In this document: one piece after another, positions 46,175 through 56,233 of the stretch | Layout of the letters: the number at the start of each line of letters is the position of its first letter | Numbering within the stretch: the first letter of the stretch is position 1 | Assembly: GCA_963710945.1 (NCBI GenBank) | Contig: CAVQCH010000007.1 | Span: 97,183 to 161,182 of the forward strand | Source: an uncultured Acidobacteriota bacterium | GTDB lineage: Bacteria; Acidobacteriota; Thermoanaerobaculia; UBA5066; Gp7-AA6 | Direction of reading: 5' to 3' | Length of the DNA stretch: 64,000 nucleotides | Notes under the pieces: generated by a model | The model's database searches: none | Told to the model about the DNA's origin: nothing | Seen by the model: only the letters and a program-made list of their open reading frames with translations | Position numbers and translations under genes: made by a program

Positions 46175-48664
46175 TCACTCGGAGCGCAACGCCTGCACGA
46201 CGTCGACGCGTGCCGCGCGTGCCGCGGGCAGAACCGACGCGATCACCGCGACCGCCATCAGCACGAATGCAGAGGCAAGCACCGGCAATGCGCCCGGCAT
46301 CTTGACGTCCGGAAAATACCTGCCCGCCAAACGCGCCAGCACGAACCCGAATGCCGCGCCCGCGACGAGGCCCGCCGCCGCCATCAGCGCACCCTCCTCG
46401 ATCACACCTCTGAGAAGTCGCTGCGGCTCCGATCCCAGGGCCAGCCGGATACCGAATTCCCGCGTCCGCGCGCTCACCGAAAACGCCAGCACGCCTGCCA
46501 CGCCCACCACGGCGATCGCCAACGCGACCGCCGCGAAGACGCCAAACACCAGCGAGTTCAGTCGGTCCGGCGTGAGCACGTCTGCCCGAATGTCTTCGAG
46601 AGTGGCGGCATGCTCGACGGGCTGATCGGCGGACATGTCGCGAAGGATGCGCGTGACCGATGGGACCAGGGCATAGGGATCCGAGCCCGTGTGAATGAAG
46701 AGGCGCCCGCCGAACATCAAGCCTTCTTCAAAAGGGGTGTAGATCGTGACCGTGGGTTCCGGAACGACGTGTCCGTCGTCGATGTCGGCCGTGACACCGA
46801 CGATGCGGCGCGGCGCGAGAAAACGCGCCTTTTCGAGAGCGGTCCCGTCGAAGAATTCCAACACGGGATCGGTCCAATAGACGTGCCGATTGACCGCATC
46901 CTGATTGGGGAACATGCGCCGTGCAAGGCTCTGGCTGACGATCACGACCGGCTCCGAATCGTTCCGGTTGTCCAGTGCGTTGAAATCGCGGCCGGCAATG
47001 ACGGGAACGCCGAGCGCCGCAAAAAAGCCGGGAGAGATGACACGCCACTTCGCCCGCGGATCCTCGACACCGGCGGCATGGACGTGTCCGTCGGCGGAGA
47101 ATTGCAGACCATAGGAACCGAAGAGGGCATCGCGCCACGGAACGACGTTTCCGAACGCGGTTCGACTCACGCCCGGTAAGGCATCGACGCGGCGGATCGC
47201 TTCCTCGTAGAACTCGACCACCTGCCGGGGAGTCTTCCCGTAGGAGATGGCTGGAACATCGATCGCGAGGACGTGCTGCGTGTCCAGTCCCGTCTGGGCC
47301 TTTTGCAGTGCGATCAGCGTCGTGATCAACGCGCTGGCGCCGGCCAGCAGCACGAACGACGCGGCGATCTGGATCACGGCGAAGATCCGCTGGCGGCGGT
47401 TCGTGCTGCCGGTGATCCGCGCACTTCCGCTGGCGAGGCCCAGTCCACCCGGCGTGCCGGAAGAGGGCAGGCGAGGGACGAACGCGAGAATCACCGCGGC
47501 GACGATAGCCAGCGACGCGCCGACCCAGAGCAGGCTCGAATCGACTCGGAAATCGAGAGCCCGGACGGAGAAGCGCGCGGCGTAGCGGGCCAGGATGGCG
47601 ACCAGCGGCTGCGCGCTCACGACGCCGAGTGCGGCGCCCGCGCCGCAGAGCAGAAGGCTTTCGGCCAGCAGCATGCGGCGCAACGCGCCTTGACTCGCAC
47701 CCAGCGCCACGCGGACCGCCAGCTCGCCTTCCCGGCGAACCGTCCGCGCCAGGATCAGGTTGGCGACGTTGGAACACGCGATGATGAAGACGAGCCCTGC
47801 CGCTGCGAGCAGCACCAGCAACACGGTCCGGGCGCCCGAAGTGATTTCGTCACGGAGCAGCCTGGCCCCGATCTGGAAGTCCGCTTCCCGCGCATAGGCT
47901 TCGGGGTGGCCCTTCTGCATCGCGGAGTAGGCGCTGCCCAGCTCGGCGCGGGCCTGATCGAGGGTGACTCCGGGAGCCAGGCGCCCGAAAAGCTCCGTCA
48001 TGCGATGGATGCGGCCCGTGACCATGGTTGCGGAAAGATGATGCGGGCTGGTGACGACGTTGGCGATGATCTCGGTGTCCTGGGGGTAGGGGACGCAAGG
48101 CTCGAGGACGCCGATGACCGTGGCATCGCGATCACCGGTGCTCCCGAGGCGAACGGACTTGCCGATGACCGAAGGATCCTTGTGGAAAGCGGTCGCCCAG
48201 AAGCGGTAGGTGAGAACGACGACGCCGGCCGCCTTGGCACCGTCGTCTTGGGGTCCGATGAGGCGACCGAGCACGGGATGAAGGCCCATCACGTCGAAAA
48301 ACGTTCCGCCGACGACGCCGCCCCGAATGGAACGAGGCTCACCGAGGCCGACCATGGTGAAGTCCATGGTCGAGAAGTCGCCAAATGCGCTCAAAGTCTT
48401 CACGCTCTCGCGCAGGTCCTGTAACTCGGGTACGGAAAACGTCGCGTTGTCGTTGCCGATGCCGCGGGCGCTTTGTCGGATGTAGATCAGCCGGCCCTCG
48501 TCGCGGTTGACGAGAGGCTTGAGCAGCACTCCGCGCACCAGCGTGAAAATGGCCGCATTCGCGCCGATGCCGAGAGCCAGTGTGAGAACCACGGCGATCG
48601 CCAGCCCTGGAGTCCGAACCAACGACTGGGCCGCAACGCGCAGATCGCGAACGAAGGAGCTCAT
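46175..48664 (-). CDS. duplicated-FtsX ABC transporter permease (ADOP / MacB-like)
   Basis: ATG 48664 overlaps the upstream YciI stop (ATGA). About 830 aa with two FtsX-type 4-TM modules separated by large periplasmic domains. N-terminal ...LRVAAQSLVRTPGLAIAVVLTLALGIGANAAIF... is typical of the ADOP family. Confidence 0.8.
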   Translation of the reverse strand: MSSFVRDLRVAAQSLVRTPGLAIAVVLTLALGIGANAAIFTLVRGVLLKPLVNRDEGRLIYIRQSARGIGNDNATFSVPELQDLRESVKTLSAFGDFSTMDFTMVGLGEPRSIRGGVVGGTFFDVMGLHPVLGRLIGPQDDGAKAAGVVVLTYRFWATAFHKDPSVIGKSVRLGSTGDRDATVIGVLEPCVPYPQDTEIIANVVTSPHHLSATMVTGRIHRMTELFGRLAPGVTLDQARAELGSAYSAMQKGHPEAYAREADFQIGARLLRDEITSGARTVLLVLLAAAGLVFIIACSNVANLILARTVRREGELAVRVALGASQGALRRMLLAESLLLCGAGAALGVVSAQPLVAILARYAARFSVRALDFRVDSSLLWVGASLAIVAAVILAFVPRLPSSGTPGGLGLASGSARITGSTNRRQRIFAVIQIAASFVLLAGASALITTLIALQKAQTGLDTQHVLAIDVPAISYGKTPRQVVEFYEEAIRRVDALPGVSRTAFGNVVPWRDALFGSYGLQFSADGHVHAAGVEDPRAKWRVISPGFFAALGVPVIAGRDFNALDNRNDSEPVVIVSQSLARRMFPNQDAVNRHVYWTDPVLEFFDGTALEKARFLAPRRIVGVTADIDDGHVVPEPTVTIYTPFEEGLMFGGRLFIHTGSDPYALVPSVTRILRDMSADQPVEHAATLEDIRADVLTPDRLNSLVFGVFAAVALAIAVVGVAGVLAFSVSARTREFGIRLALGSEPQRLLRGVIEEGALMAAAGLVAGAAFGFVLARLAGRYFPDVKMPGALPVLASAFVLMAVAVIASVLPAARAARVDVVQALRSE

Positions 48665-49065
48665 CGCGAGGCGTCCTTTCGCCGTCGCCGCTCGCTCTCC
48701 GTCATCATTGCGTTCAAATCCGCCGCCGGACGTATCTCGACGGTTCCGCACTTCCACTTCACTCCCGGATGTTGCGAAATGAGCTGAATTGCGTGATTCA
48801 GATCTCGCGCTTCGAGCACCTGAATTCCAGCCAGGTGTTCCTTCGTTTCCGCGTACGGACCGTCTGTCACTGCAACCTTTCCGTTCGTCCAGGACACGGT
48901 CACCGCCGTGTCGGCTGGCTGGAGAGGTTCCTCAGCGACCAAATGTCCGTTCCTCCGCAGTTCGTCGTTGTAGTCAAAACACTCGGCCAGCATGGTGTTG
49001 CGCTCACTGTCAGACATGTTTTCGAACTTGCCGGGCTCGAGATAGCCCAAACAGATGTACTTCAT
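48661..49065 (-). CDS. YciI-like (DGPF) protein
   Basis: MKYICLGY...VTDGPYAETKEH. GGAGG upstream of ATG 49065. Confidence 0.75.
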   Translation of the reverse strand: MKYICLGYLEPGKFENMSDSERNTMLAECFDYNDELRRNGHLVAEEPLQPADTAVTVSWTNGKVAVTDGPYAETKEHLAGIQVLEARDLNHAIQLISQHPGVKWKCGTVEIRPAADLNAMMTESERRRRKDASR

Positions 49066-49128
49066 CCGTTCCTCCACGACGCGCCAGCGAGATCAGGAAC
49101 CCGGGTCGCCGAGCCTTGCGCCGGGTCC

Positions 49129-49515
49129 TCAGTCCTGACCGATTCCGGGGATGTGCTGGTTGTCTTCCTCGGTTCGCTCGAGGAACGGGCGGATCTCGAC
49201 CGGCGCCCGACAGGCGGCGGCACCCTTGCGCCCCCACTCCAGCGCCTCCTCCAGGTTCGCGCATTTCAGAATGATGAAGCCGCCGACGTGCTCCTTGGTC
49301 TCCAGGTACGGCCCGTCGGTGACGACCACCTTGCCGTCGGGCTGCGTCCGCAGGCACTTCGTGCTGCTGGCCGGGTAGAGGCCGGCACCGAAAATCCTGG
49401 CACCGGCAGCGACCAACTCGTCGTTCATCACGTCGATATCGCGGATCATCGCTTCGGTCACGGTGGATGGGTCGAAATTGTCGGGTAAGAAACTCGACCA
49501 CAGATATAGCGGCAT
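49129..49515 (-). CDS. YciI-like (DGPF) protein
   Basis: ...VVVTDGPYLETKEHVGGFIIL.... AAGGAG upstream of ATG 49515. Confidence 0.75.
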   Translation of the reverse strand: MPLYLWSSFLPDNFDPSTVTEAMIRDIDVMNDELVAAGARIFGAGLYPASSTKCLRTQPDGKVVVTDGPYLETKEHVGGFIILKCANLEEALEWGRKGAAACRAPVEIRPFLERTEEDNQHIPGIGQD

Positions 49516-49621
49516 GATTTCTCCTTTTGGTGTAACGGTCTTCGGCCGGTTGCCCTGCCCTCACGAGATAGTCGAACGGCCGAGCCGGAATTCGACAACT
49601 CGCACGAGAAATTCTTCGGTT

Positions 49622-50872
49622 TTATTTCAACTGCCGGATTCGCTCTTGCAGGAATTGACGCTCCGGTTCCTGTTGGGTCAGAGCCAGCGCTTTCTCATAC
49701 GAGAAGCGAGCCTCCGCCGTCCTGCCGAGCCTGCGGTACATATCCGCACGCGCCGAATGCGCCAGATAATAGTCTCCCAACTCGCCGTGTTCCAACACCG
49801 CGTCGATCTGCGTCAGACCGGCCTCCGGACCATCGCGCATCGCAATTGCCACGGCACGATTGAGCTGTACGACCGGCGAAGGCTGAATTCGTAACAATTG
49901 GTCGTACAGCGCCACAATCCGTCCCCAGTCGGTCGCCGCGACGGATTCCGCCTCCGCATGAACGGCCGCAATCGCGGCCTGGAGTGTGTAAGAGCCGAAG
50001 CGGCGGGATTTCAGGGCCTTTTCCAGCAATGCCACTCCCTCCGCAATCTGCTCCCGGTTCCAGAGCGAGCGATCCTGGTTCTCCAGCAAAATCAGCTCTC
50101 CGGCCGGAGAGGTTCTCGCGGCGTGACGGGATTCCTGCAGCAACATCAGGGACAGCAGCCCGATGACTTCCGGCTCTGGCCGGAGTTCGGTCAGCAACCG
50201 GCCCAGTCGAATCGCTTCGCCGGTGAGCTCGGCCCGCGTGACCTCCGCTCCCGCCGCGGCAGAGTAGCCCTCATTGAAGACCAGATAGATGACCTGAAGC
50301 ACCGCGCCTAGTCGCTCCGGCAATTCCTGCGGCGTCGGCACCTCGTACGGAATCGGTGTCTCTCGAATCTTTGCCTTTGCGCGCACGATGCGCTGCGCCA
50401 GCGTGCTCGGAGTGGTGAGGAAGGCCTTTGCGATCTCCTCGGTTGTCAGCCCGCATACCTCCCGCAAGGTGAGCGCAACGCGCGCTTCCGGCGCGAGAGA
50501 GGGATGGCAGCACGTGAAGATCAGGCGCAGCCGATCATCCTCGAGGCCGTCGTCTTCATGGGGGCTTTCCGTCGAACTCCGCGCTTCGAGATGTCGCACG
50601 AGCTCGTCTTGAGACGCATCGAATCTTGCCCGTCGACGCAGAGTATCCAGAGCTTTGAATCGGGCCGTCGAAATCAACCATGGTCGCGGGTTGCCGGGTA
50701 CTCCACTGCCCGGCCACAGGCTCAGCGCGGCCGCAAAGGCTTCGTGCATCGCCTCCTCGGCAAGATCGAAATCACGAAGCAAGCGGATCAGAGTTGCGAG
50801 GATTCGTCCCGAATCCACGCGATAAAGGGAGTCGAGCAATTCGCGTATCTGCTCGGTGGAGCGCTCGGGCAT
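49622..50872 (-). CDS. ECF sigma factor with C-terminal TPR-like extension (ECF42-type)
   Basis: 416 aa. Sigma-2 region (...DFDLAEEAMHEAFAAALSLWP...PGNPRPWLISTARFKALDTLRR), sigma-4 region (LTLREVCGLTTEEIAKAF) and a long helical C-terminus. YciI-type genes lie immediately downstream. Confidence 0.8.
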   Translation of the reverse strand: MPERSTEQIRELLDSLYRVDSGRILATLIRLLRDFDLAEEAMHEAFAAALSLWPGSGVPGNPRPWLISTARFKALDTLRRRARFDASQDELVRHLEARSSTESPHEDDGLEDDRLRLIFTCCHPSLAPEARVALTLREVCGLTTEEIAKAFLTTPSTLAQRIVRAKAKIRETPIPYEVPTPQELPERLGAVLQVIYLVFNEGYSAAAGAEVTRAELTGEAIRLGRLLTELRPEPEVIGLLSLMLLQESRHAARTSPAGELILLENQDRSLWNREQIAEGVALLEKALKSRRFGSYTLQAAIAAVHAEAESVAATDWGRIVALYDQLLRIQPSPVVQLNRAVAIAMRDGPEAGLTQIDAVLEHGELGDYYLAHSARADMYRRLGRTAEARFSYEKALALTQQEPERQFLQERIRQLK

Positions 50873-51103
50873 GACGACGACCTTAGCAAACCCGGGCCGA
50901 GAACCCCCGCAACCGGAAAATCAAGGGGTCGGCTAACCTCAAGCAGAAAGAAAGCGACAAGACGCGACTCAATCAGGCGTTCGAGTCGTCAGCGTTCGCG
51001 TCCTGTAGCCGCCAGATCGCCCCACTTTCGCTCCACCGCGGCCCGACCGTGGCGACCGAATTGAGAGGCCGACCATCCGGCCGAGCCGCGTCGATTCATC
51101 TCA

Positions 51104-52546
51104 TCAGACATTCGACAGCTGAGCGCGGTCGGCGATGCCGCGCAGCATGCCCGCGAAGACGAAACGGTGAAGCGGGTAGAGCGCATACCAGTACGCGAGG
51201 CCGAAGAGCCCTGACGCGTCGAAGATGGCGGTCTGCCGAATCTCGGTGCCGCCCGGGGCCGGTGTGGTTTCAAACTGCAGCCACGCGCGGCCCGGAACCT
51301 TCATCTCGGCGCGCAGGCGTAACAGGCGATCGGGCTCGAAGCGTTCGACGCGCCAGAAATCCAAGGCGTCCCCCGGGTCCAGTTCGTCGGCGCGGCGGCG
51401 CGCGCGGCGCAGACCGACGCCTCCGAGGAGCAGGTCCAGGAACCCGCGCAGGCGCCAGAGGAGGTTGCCGTAATACCAGCCGGCTTTGCCACCGATGCGC
51501 CGGATCGGCGCGAAGGCCACGGCCGGCGGTACCCGAACGAACATCTTGCGGCTGTCGATCAAACGGGTCCCGACGAGGTTCCCTCCGTAGCGCTCGCTCA
51601 GACCCGAGGAGGACTCAGCGTCGGACCAGAGCGTCCTTGCGAAGGCCTCGTCCTCGTTGACGAGGGCCCGGGCGATCGCCTCGCGTACTCCTCGCGCCTT
51701 CACCGGGAAGGCCGTGAGCGCGGCCGGATCCCGGATGACCGTGGGATTGCGGAGGCTGTCCACGAGCTTCCGGCCGACGCGCGCGTAGAGCGGCGTCACC
51801 AGCCCAAGCCAGAGGCTCGAGAGCCGGGGCGTCAGCAGCGGGACCGGAATCAACAGCCGCTTCAGGCCGCGCTGGCGTGCATACTCGCGCATCAGGTCGC
51901 CGTAGGTCACCCGATCCGGGCCGCCGATCTCATAGATCCGCTCGGCGCCAGCCGGCAGGTCGAGCGCCGCCGCCAGGTACGCAATCAAGTCCTCGACAGC
52001 GATGGGCTGGGCTTCGACAGCGACCCAGCGAGGGCAGATCATGACGGGGAGCCGCTCCACCAGCGCTCGGATCATCTCGAAGGAGAGGCTGCCAGAGCCG
52101 AGTACGATCGAGGCACGCAGCTCCAGAACGGGTACGCCCGACTTCCGCAGAATTTCGCCCGTTTCCTGGCGGCTGCGCAGGTGTTCCGAGAGGCCGCCTC
52201 CGCCCTCTCCGAGGCCGCCGAGGTAGATGATCCGACGAACACCCGCCTCGCGAGCGGCCTGGCCGAGGATCCCGGCGGCCTCCCGGTCGCGCGCAGCGAA
52301 GTCCTCGCCGCCCATCGAGTGGATCAGATAGTAGACGACCGTGACGCCATCGAGGGCCCGCCGTACCGCCGGGGCGTCGAGAGCGTCGCCGGCGGCGATT
52401 TCGGTCGAGGACGCGGCGCGGCTGCGCAGCGCCTCCGGGCGGCGCGCCAGGCAACGCACCGATACACCGCGTCGCTCGAGCTCGGCGAGCAGCCTGCCGC
52501 CAACATAACCCGTGGCGCCGGTCAGCAGGACGCGCGGAGCGGTCAC
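51104..52546 (-). CDS. NAD(P)-binding NmrA/SDR-like domain fused to a DUF2867-like domain
   Basis: VLLTGATGYVGGRL Rossmann start. 480 aa. GTG 52546 overlaps the upstream regulator stop (GTGA). Confidence 0.7.
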   Translation of the reverse strand: MTAPRVLLTGATGYVGGRLLAELERRGVSVRCLARRPEALRSRAASSTEIAAGDALDAPAVRRALDGVTVVYYLIHSMGGEDFAARDREAAGILGQAAREAGVRRIIYLGGLGEGGGGLSEHLRSRQETGEILRKSGVPVLELRASIVLGSGSLSFEMIRALVERLPVMICPRWVAVEAQPIAVEDLIAYLAAALDLPAGAERIYEIGGPDRVTYGDLMREYARQRGLKRLLIPVPLLTPRLSSLWLGLVTPLYARVGRKLVDSLRNPTVIRDPAALTAFPVKARGVREAIARALVNEDEAFARTLWSDAESSSGLSERYGGNLVGTRLIDSRKMFVRVPPAVAFAPIRRIGGKAGWYYGNLLWRLRGFLDLLLGGVGLRRARRRADELDPGDALDFWRVERFEPDRLLRLRAEMKVPGRAWLQFETTPAPGGTEIRQTAIFDASGLFGLAYWYALYPLHRFVFAGMLRGIADRAQLSNV

Positions 52547-53130
52547 GGAACGGACACGACGAGGGCCGAGCAGGTCTTGCTGCCGATCCTCCGGTAACTG
52601 TGAGGTCGCGTCGAGTTGAAGTAGACGGAATCTCCCGCGTCGAGAAATTGATCCTCGCCCGCCACGCGCAGTGCCAGCTGCCCCTTGAGAACGTACAGGA
52701 ACTCCACGCCTGCATGCTGATGGGGGCGCGCTTTTTCGGGGGGCAGGGGCTCGAACTCCGCATAGTACGCGTTGAGCCGGCGCTCGACCGCGGTGAAATC
52801 GAGCGACTCGAAGAAGAACGAGACGTCCTTCGCCCCCGGCCTCTCGGGCAGGCGCTGTCGCTCCCGGCGCCGCACGACGGCGACCGCGTTGCGCGCGCTC
52901 TCATCGGAGACGAAGAACTCGAGGCCGACTCCGAAGACGAGAGCGATCCGCAGGAGCGTCGGGAGAGTGGGAAAAAGCCGGTCCCGCTCGATCTTCGACA
53001 GGAGAGCGGCGGAGAGGCCGGTGTGACGGCCGAGTTCGACCAGCCCCATCTTCTTCGACAGCCGGAGGCGGCGCAGCTTGCTGCCGATGGCGTAGGAGCG
53101 AAGACCCTTTTCGAGTGTCGGGGAAAGCAC
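52543..53130 (-). CDS. XRE-family HTH regulator with C-terminal cupin domain
   Basis: GSKLRRLRLSKKMGLVELGRHTGLSAALLSKIERD HTH, then a cupin region (HQHAGVEFLYVLKG...). GGAGGAG upstream of GTG 53130. Confidence 0.8.
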   Translation of the reverse strand: MLSPTLEKGLRSYAIGSKLRRLRLSKKMGLVELGRHTGLSAALLSKIERDRLFPTLPTLLRIALVFGVGLEFFVSDESARNAVAVVRRRERQRLPERPGAKDVSFFFESLDFTAVERRLNAYYAEFEPLPPEKARPHQHAGVEFLYVLKGQLALRVAGEDQFLDAGDSVYFNSTRPHSYRRIGSKTCSALVVSVP

Positions 53131-53266
53131 CTTCTCCTCCTGTTTGAGCTCCAGTCAAAAGACGGACTGTTTCTTGACTGTCGCGCACACGAGATTTGAG
53201 TATGGACGGATTTGTCGTCAGAGTCAAAGTGATTTGATCTATGTTCAACGCCGGAGGTAGGGAAAC

Positions 53267-53509
53267 ATGAAGAGACTCGATGTCCTGGCAGCGGTCCTGG
53301 TGGTGGTCGGCGCCCTCAACTGGGGGCTCGTCGCCGTCGCGCGGTTCGACCTGGTGGCGGCGCTCTTTGGTTTGCGGTTCGGCGAAGTCTCGGCGCCGAG
53401 CACCGTGGTCTACGCGCTGGTCGGCCTGGCGGGCGCCTACCAGGCGATTCTCTGGAAGGGAATTCAGCGCCGCTGGAACGGCTCGCCGATCCTGACGGGC
53501 GCCCGGTAG
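53267..53509 (+). CDS. DUF378 small membrane protein
   Basis: 80 aa, two TM segments, ...[11 protein letters not shown]... signature. Confidence 0.7.
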   Translation: MKRLDVLAAVLVVVGALNWGLVAVARFDLVAALFGLRFGEVSAPSTVVYALVGLAGAYQAILWKGIQRRWNGSPILTGAR

Positions 53510-53555
53510 ACGGCCCATTCACATACGACACGTGAACCGAAAGGAAGAGAGACAA

Positions 53556-54068
53556 ATGAAAACCAGGGTTCCAAGCACGAAGCATTCGATGCTGGCCATC
53601 ACGCTATCGGCTCTCGTCGCGGCGTGGGGTCCCGCCGCCGCAGCCCAACAAGCGTCGCAGAAAGACATCGTCGACACGGCGGTCGCCGCGGGCTCATTCA
53701 AGACACTGGCGGCCGCCCTTCAGGCGGCGGGATTGGTGGATACGCTGAAAGGCAATGGCCCTTTCACGGTCTTCGCCCCGACCGACGCGGCCTTCGCGAA
53801 GCTGCCCGCGGGCACGGTCGAGAGCCTCTTGAAGCCGGAGAACAAGGCCAAGCTCACCGCAATCCTGACCTACCACGTCGTGCCGGGCCGGATCCTGGCG
53901 CCGGAGCTGAGCGAGATGAGCTCGGCCCCCACGGTCAATGGACAGCCGCTCACCATCCAGTCCGCGCACGGAATGGTGACGGTCGGCGGAGCTCATCTTG
54001 CCAAGGCAGACATTGCCTGCAGCAACGGGGTGATCTACGTGATCGACTCCGTGCTGCTCCCGAACTGA
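53556..54068 (+). CDS. fasciclin (FAS1) domain protein, secreted
   Basis: Signal peptide, then [48 protein letters not shown]...YHVV. Confidence 0.8.
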   Translation: MKTRVPSTKHSMLAITLSALVAAWGPAAAAQQASQKDIVDTAVAAGSFKTLAAALQAAGLVDTLKGNGPFTVFAPTDAAFAKLPAGTVESLLKPENKAKLTAILTYHVVPGRILAPELSEMSSAPTVNGQPLTIQSAHGMVTVGGAHLAKADIACSNGVIYVIDSVLLPN

Positions 54069-54132
54069 CTCGACGCTTCATCCAGGAGGCGCAGATTCCC
54101 GGGAGCAACGGCGTCAGCCAGGGTGGTTGGCA

Positions 54133-54170
54133 GGGCCCCGCTACCGAAGGGCGGCGGGGCCCCTTTTTTT
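54133..54170 (+). terminator. rho-independent terminator
   Basis: GGGGCCCCG...CGGGGCCCC followed by TTTTTTT. Confidence 0.65.
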
Positions 54171-54212
54171 CAAGCCGGCACTTTCCCGGAATCCGAAGGA
54201 GGCACTCGACTC

Positions 54213-55049
54213 ATGATGCGAAGACGGTTGTCCGAGAAGTATGGGCCCTGGGCGCTCGTGACCGGAGCGTCCGATGGAATCGGGCACGCGTTCGCCGCGA
54301 GCCTGGCCGAGGCGGGCCTCAACGTGGTCCTGGTTGCGCGGCGCGCCGAGGTTCTCGAGCGCTTCGCCGACGAGTTGCACTCGGTCTTTCCCATCGAGGT
54401 GGTGGTTCTTCCCGTCGACCTCTCCAGACCCGACGCGGTCGACTCGGTCGTCGCGCGCACGGCCCATCTCGACGTCGGACTGCTGGTGGCGGCGGCAGGA
54501 TTCGGCACGTCGGGTCAATTCGTCGACTCCGAGCTCGAGAACGAGCTCGACATGATCGACGTGAACTGCCGCGCGGTCGCCGCGCTCACGCATCACTTCG
54601 GCGTAAGGTTCCGCCATCGGGGCGGAGGCGGGATCGTCCTCATGAGCTCCGTGGTCGCCTTCCAGGGCGTGCCGCGGTCGGCGAACTACGCGGCGACGAA
54701 AGCCTACGTGCAGTCCCTGGCGGAGGGGTTGCGCGCCGAGCTTGAGCCTTCCGGCGTCGACGTCGTCGCCTCGGCGCCCGGCCCGGTGCACAGCGGCTTC
54801 GCCGAACGAGCGGGGATGACGATGGGCATGGCGCAGCTTCCGAAAGCCGTCGCCGAAGGCACCCTCGGCGCCCTCGGCCGGAGCGGCACGACGAGGCCGG
54901 GGTGGCTGGCGAAGGTGCTGGGGTGGTCGCTGGCTCTCCTGCCACGGTGGGCGCGCGTCCGGGTGATGACCGTCATCATGCGCGGGATGAGCCGGGACAA
55001 ACATCCCAAGGCCGAGCGTGAGGGTCGAGCCGCGCAAGCGGGAGTTTGA
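54213..55049 (+). CDS. SDR-family oxidoreductase
   Basis: ATG 54213 is preceded by GAAGGAGG. ALVTGASDGIG and YAATKAY motifs. Confidence 0.8.
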   Translation: MMRRRLSEKYGPWALVTGASDGIGHAFAASLAEAGLNVVLVARRAEVLERFADELHSVFPIEVVVLPVDLSRPDAVDSVVARTAHLDVGLLVAAAGFGTSGQFVDSELENELDMIDVNCRAVAALTHHFGVRFRHRGGGGIVLMSSVVAFQGVPRSANYAATKAYVQSLAEGLRAELEPSGVDVVASAPGPVHSGFAERAGMTMGMAQLPKAVAEGTLGALGRSGTTRPGWLAKVLGWSLALLPRWARVRVMTVIMRGMSRDKHPKAEREGRAAQAGV

Positions 55050-55299
55050 GTCGAGTCACCGGCCCGAGCCCTGCCGGGCGCCCTCTTCTTGCCCGTGTTG
55101 GCGCACCTCGTTCCGGAGATGATCATCTCCTACGCCGACGCCGCCGCTCTGATGCTGGCAAATTTGACCAGGGGAGGCGAAATGTCCCACCACAGGGTTG
55201 GCCTCGCGCTGCCGTTGGGCATGCGAGGCAAAAAGGACCAATGGGCAGCCCGGCCAAAGAATGCGGCCTAACCTTCCCCTAACCTGGGGAGACATGAAA

Positions 55300-55660
55300 T
55301 GGTGGAGGCGGCGGGAGTTGAACCCGCGTCCGGAAGCGCTACGGGAGAGGCCACTCCATGCTCAGCCTCTTCTTGGTTCTCGCCCCGCCGCCTCGAGAAG
55401 AGGCAAAACGGCGGAAGGGCAACCCCGAATTTGTTTCGCCGCTCCGTCCGGGGGACCGGAGCGGCTACACCCGCATTTCGCGACGTCGGCCGAGGCGCGG
55501 CGGGTGCGCTACACGGCAAACGAGGCTACTTAATTAAGCAGCCAGAGCGAAGTTGCTGTTGTTCGCAGCTACTGTTTTTCACCCTGCTTTTACGAGGAGG
55601 GGTGAGACCTCGGCATGCAACCTCTCGCGCAATCGTCCCCGTCGAAGCCGTTTCGCCCCC
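55300..55660 (-). ncRNA. ssrA: tmRNA (SsrA)
   Basis: Minus strand starts GGGGGCGAAACGGCTTCGACGGGG and ends ...GGGTTCAACTCCCGCCGCCTCCACCA. The internal tag frame GCT GCG AAC AAC AGC AAC TTC GCT CTG GCT GCT TAA gives (A)ANNSNFALAA. About 361 nt. Confidence 0.9.
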
Positions 55661-55758
55661 ACGGTGATCACACGAGACTCAAAGAACGGACGGGGATTTT
55701 AGCACGCGCCTCCCGAACGCTTGACTTGGCGGCCCGGACGGCATGGAATGCCCTCGCC

Positions 55759-56166
55759 GTGGCCAAAAAGAAGGATGACCTGATCGTCGTCGTGACCTCC
55801 GTCGGCACGGAGGAGCAGGCGCTGGACGTGGCGCACGCCATCGTGCGCAGCCGGCGCGCCGCGTGCGTGAACATCATCCCGAACGTCCACTCGGTTTACC
55901 GCTGGAAGGGGCGCGTCTGCGACGACGGGGAGATGCTCCTCGTGATCAAGACGCGGGCCTCGCAGTTCGAGGCGGTTCGCGACACGATCCAGCGCGTCAA
56001 TACCTACGAGCTTCCCGAGGTCCTCGGGTACCGGGTCGACATGGCGTCGCCCGGGTTCTCCTCCTGGATCGAGAAGATGACGGTTTCCCCGAAGCGCAAG
56101 AAGCCCGCGGGCGGCGCCCGGAAGAAGGCCGCCGCCAGGAAGCCCGCCCGGCGGCGAAAGGGCTGA
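55759..56166 (+). CDS. cutA: CutA1 divalent-cation-tolerance protein with Lys/Arg-rich C-terminal tail
   Basis: LIVVVTSVGTEEQALDVAHAIVRSRRAACVNIIPNVHSVYRWKG...ELPEV. GTG 55759 was chosen because the longer track ORF (55615) would overlap ssrA. Tail ...KRKKPAGGARKKAAARKPARRRKG. Confidence 0.7.
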   Translation: MAKKKDDLIVVVTSVGTEEQALDVAHAIVRSRRAACVNIIPNVHSVYRWKGRVCDDGEMLLVIKTRASQFEAVRDTIQRVNTYELPEVLGYRVDMASPGFSSWIEKMTVSPKRKKPAGGARKKAAARKPARRRKG

Positions 56167-56233
56167 CCCGGGGGCGCCTACGGGCTCGGCCTCTCTCACC
56201 TTCGCCAGCTACTTTCTCGGTCTCGTTCTCGGT

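Noticed and set aside
51010-51110. Frame reading ...GPTVATELRGRPSGRAAS..., considered as the missing 3' half of the truncated MGMT-like gene, which would make 46.0-51.0 kb a clean insertion
   Set aside because: The resemblance to the MGMT ...TYGELA..LGRPGAARAVG region is weak. No PCHR active site follows. The stretch overlaps the 3' end of the well-supported NmrA/DUF2867 gene. I keep it only as something a proper alignment could test.
55615-55758. Upstream extension of the cutA ORF (track start 55615)
   Set aside because: It would overlap the 5' end of the tmRNA gene on the opposite strand and adds non-CutA sequence. The in-frame GTG 55759 lies just before the conserved CutA core.
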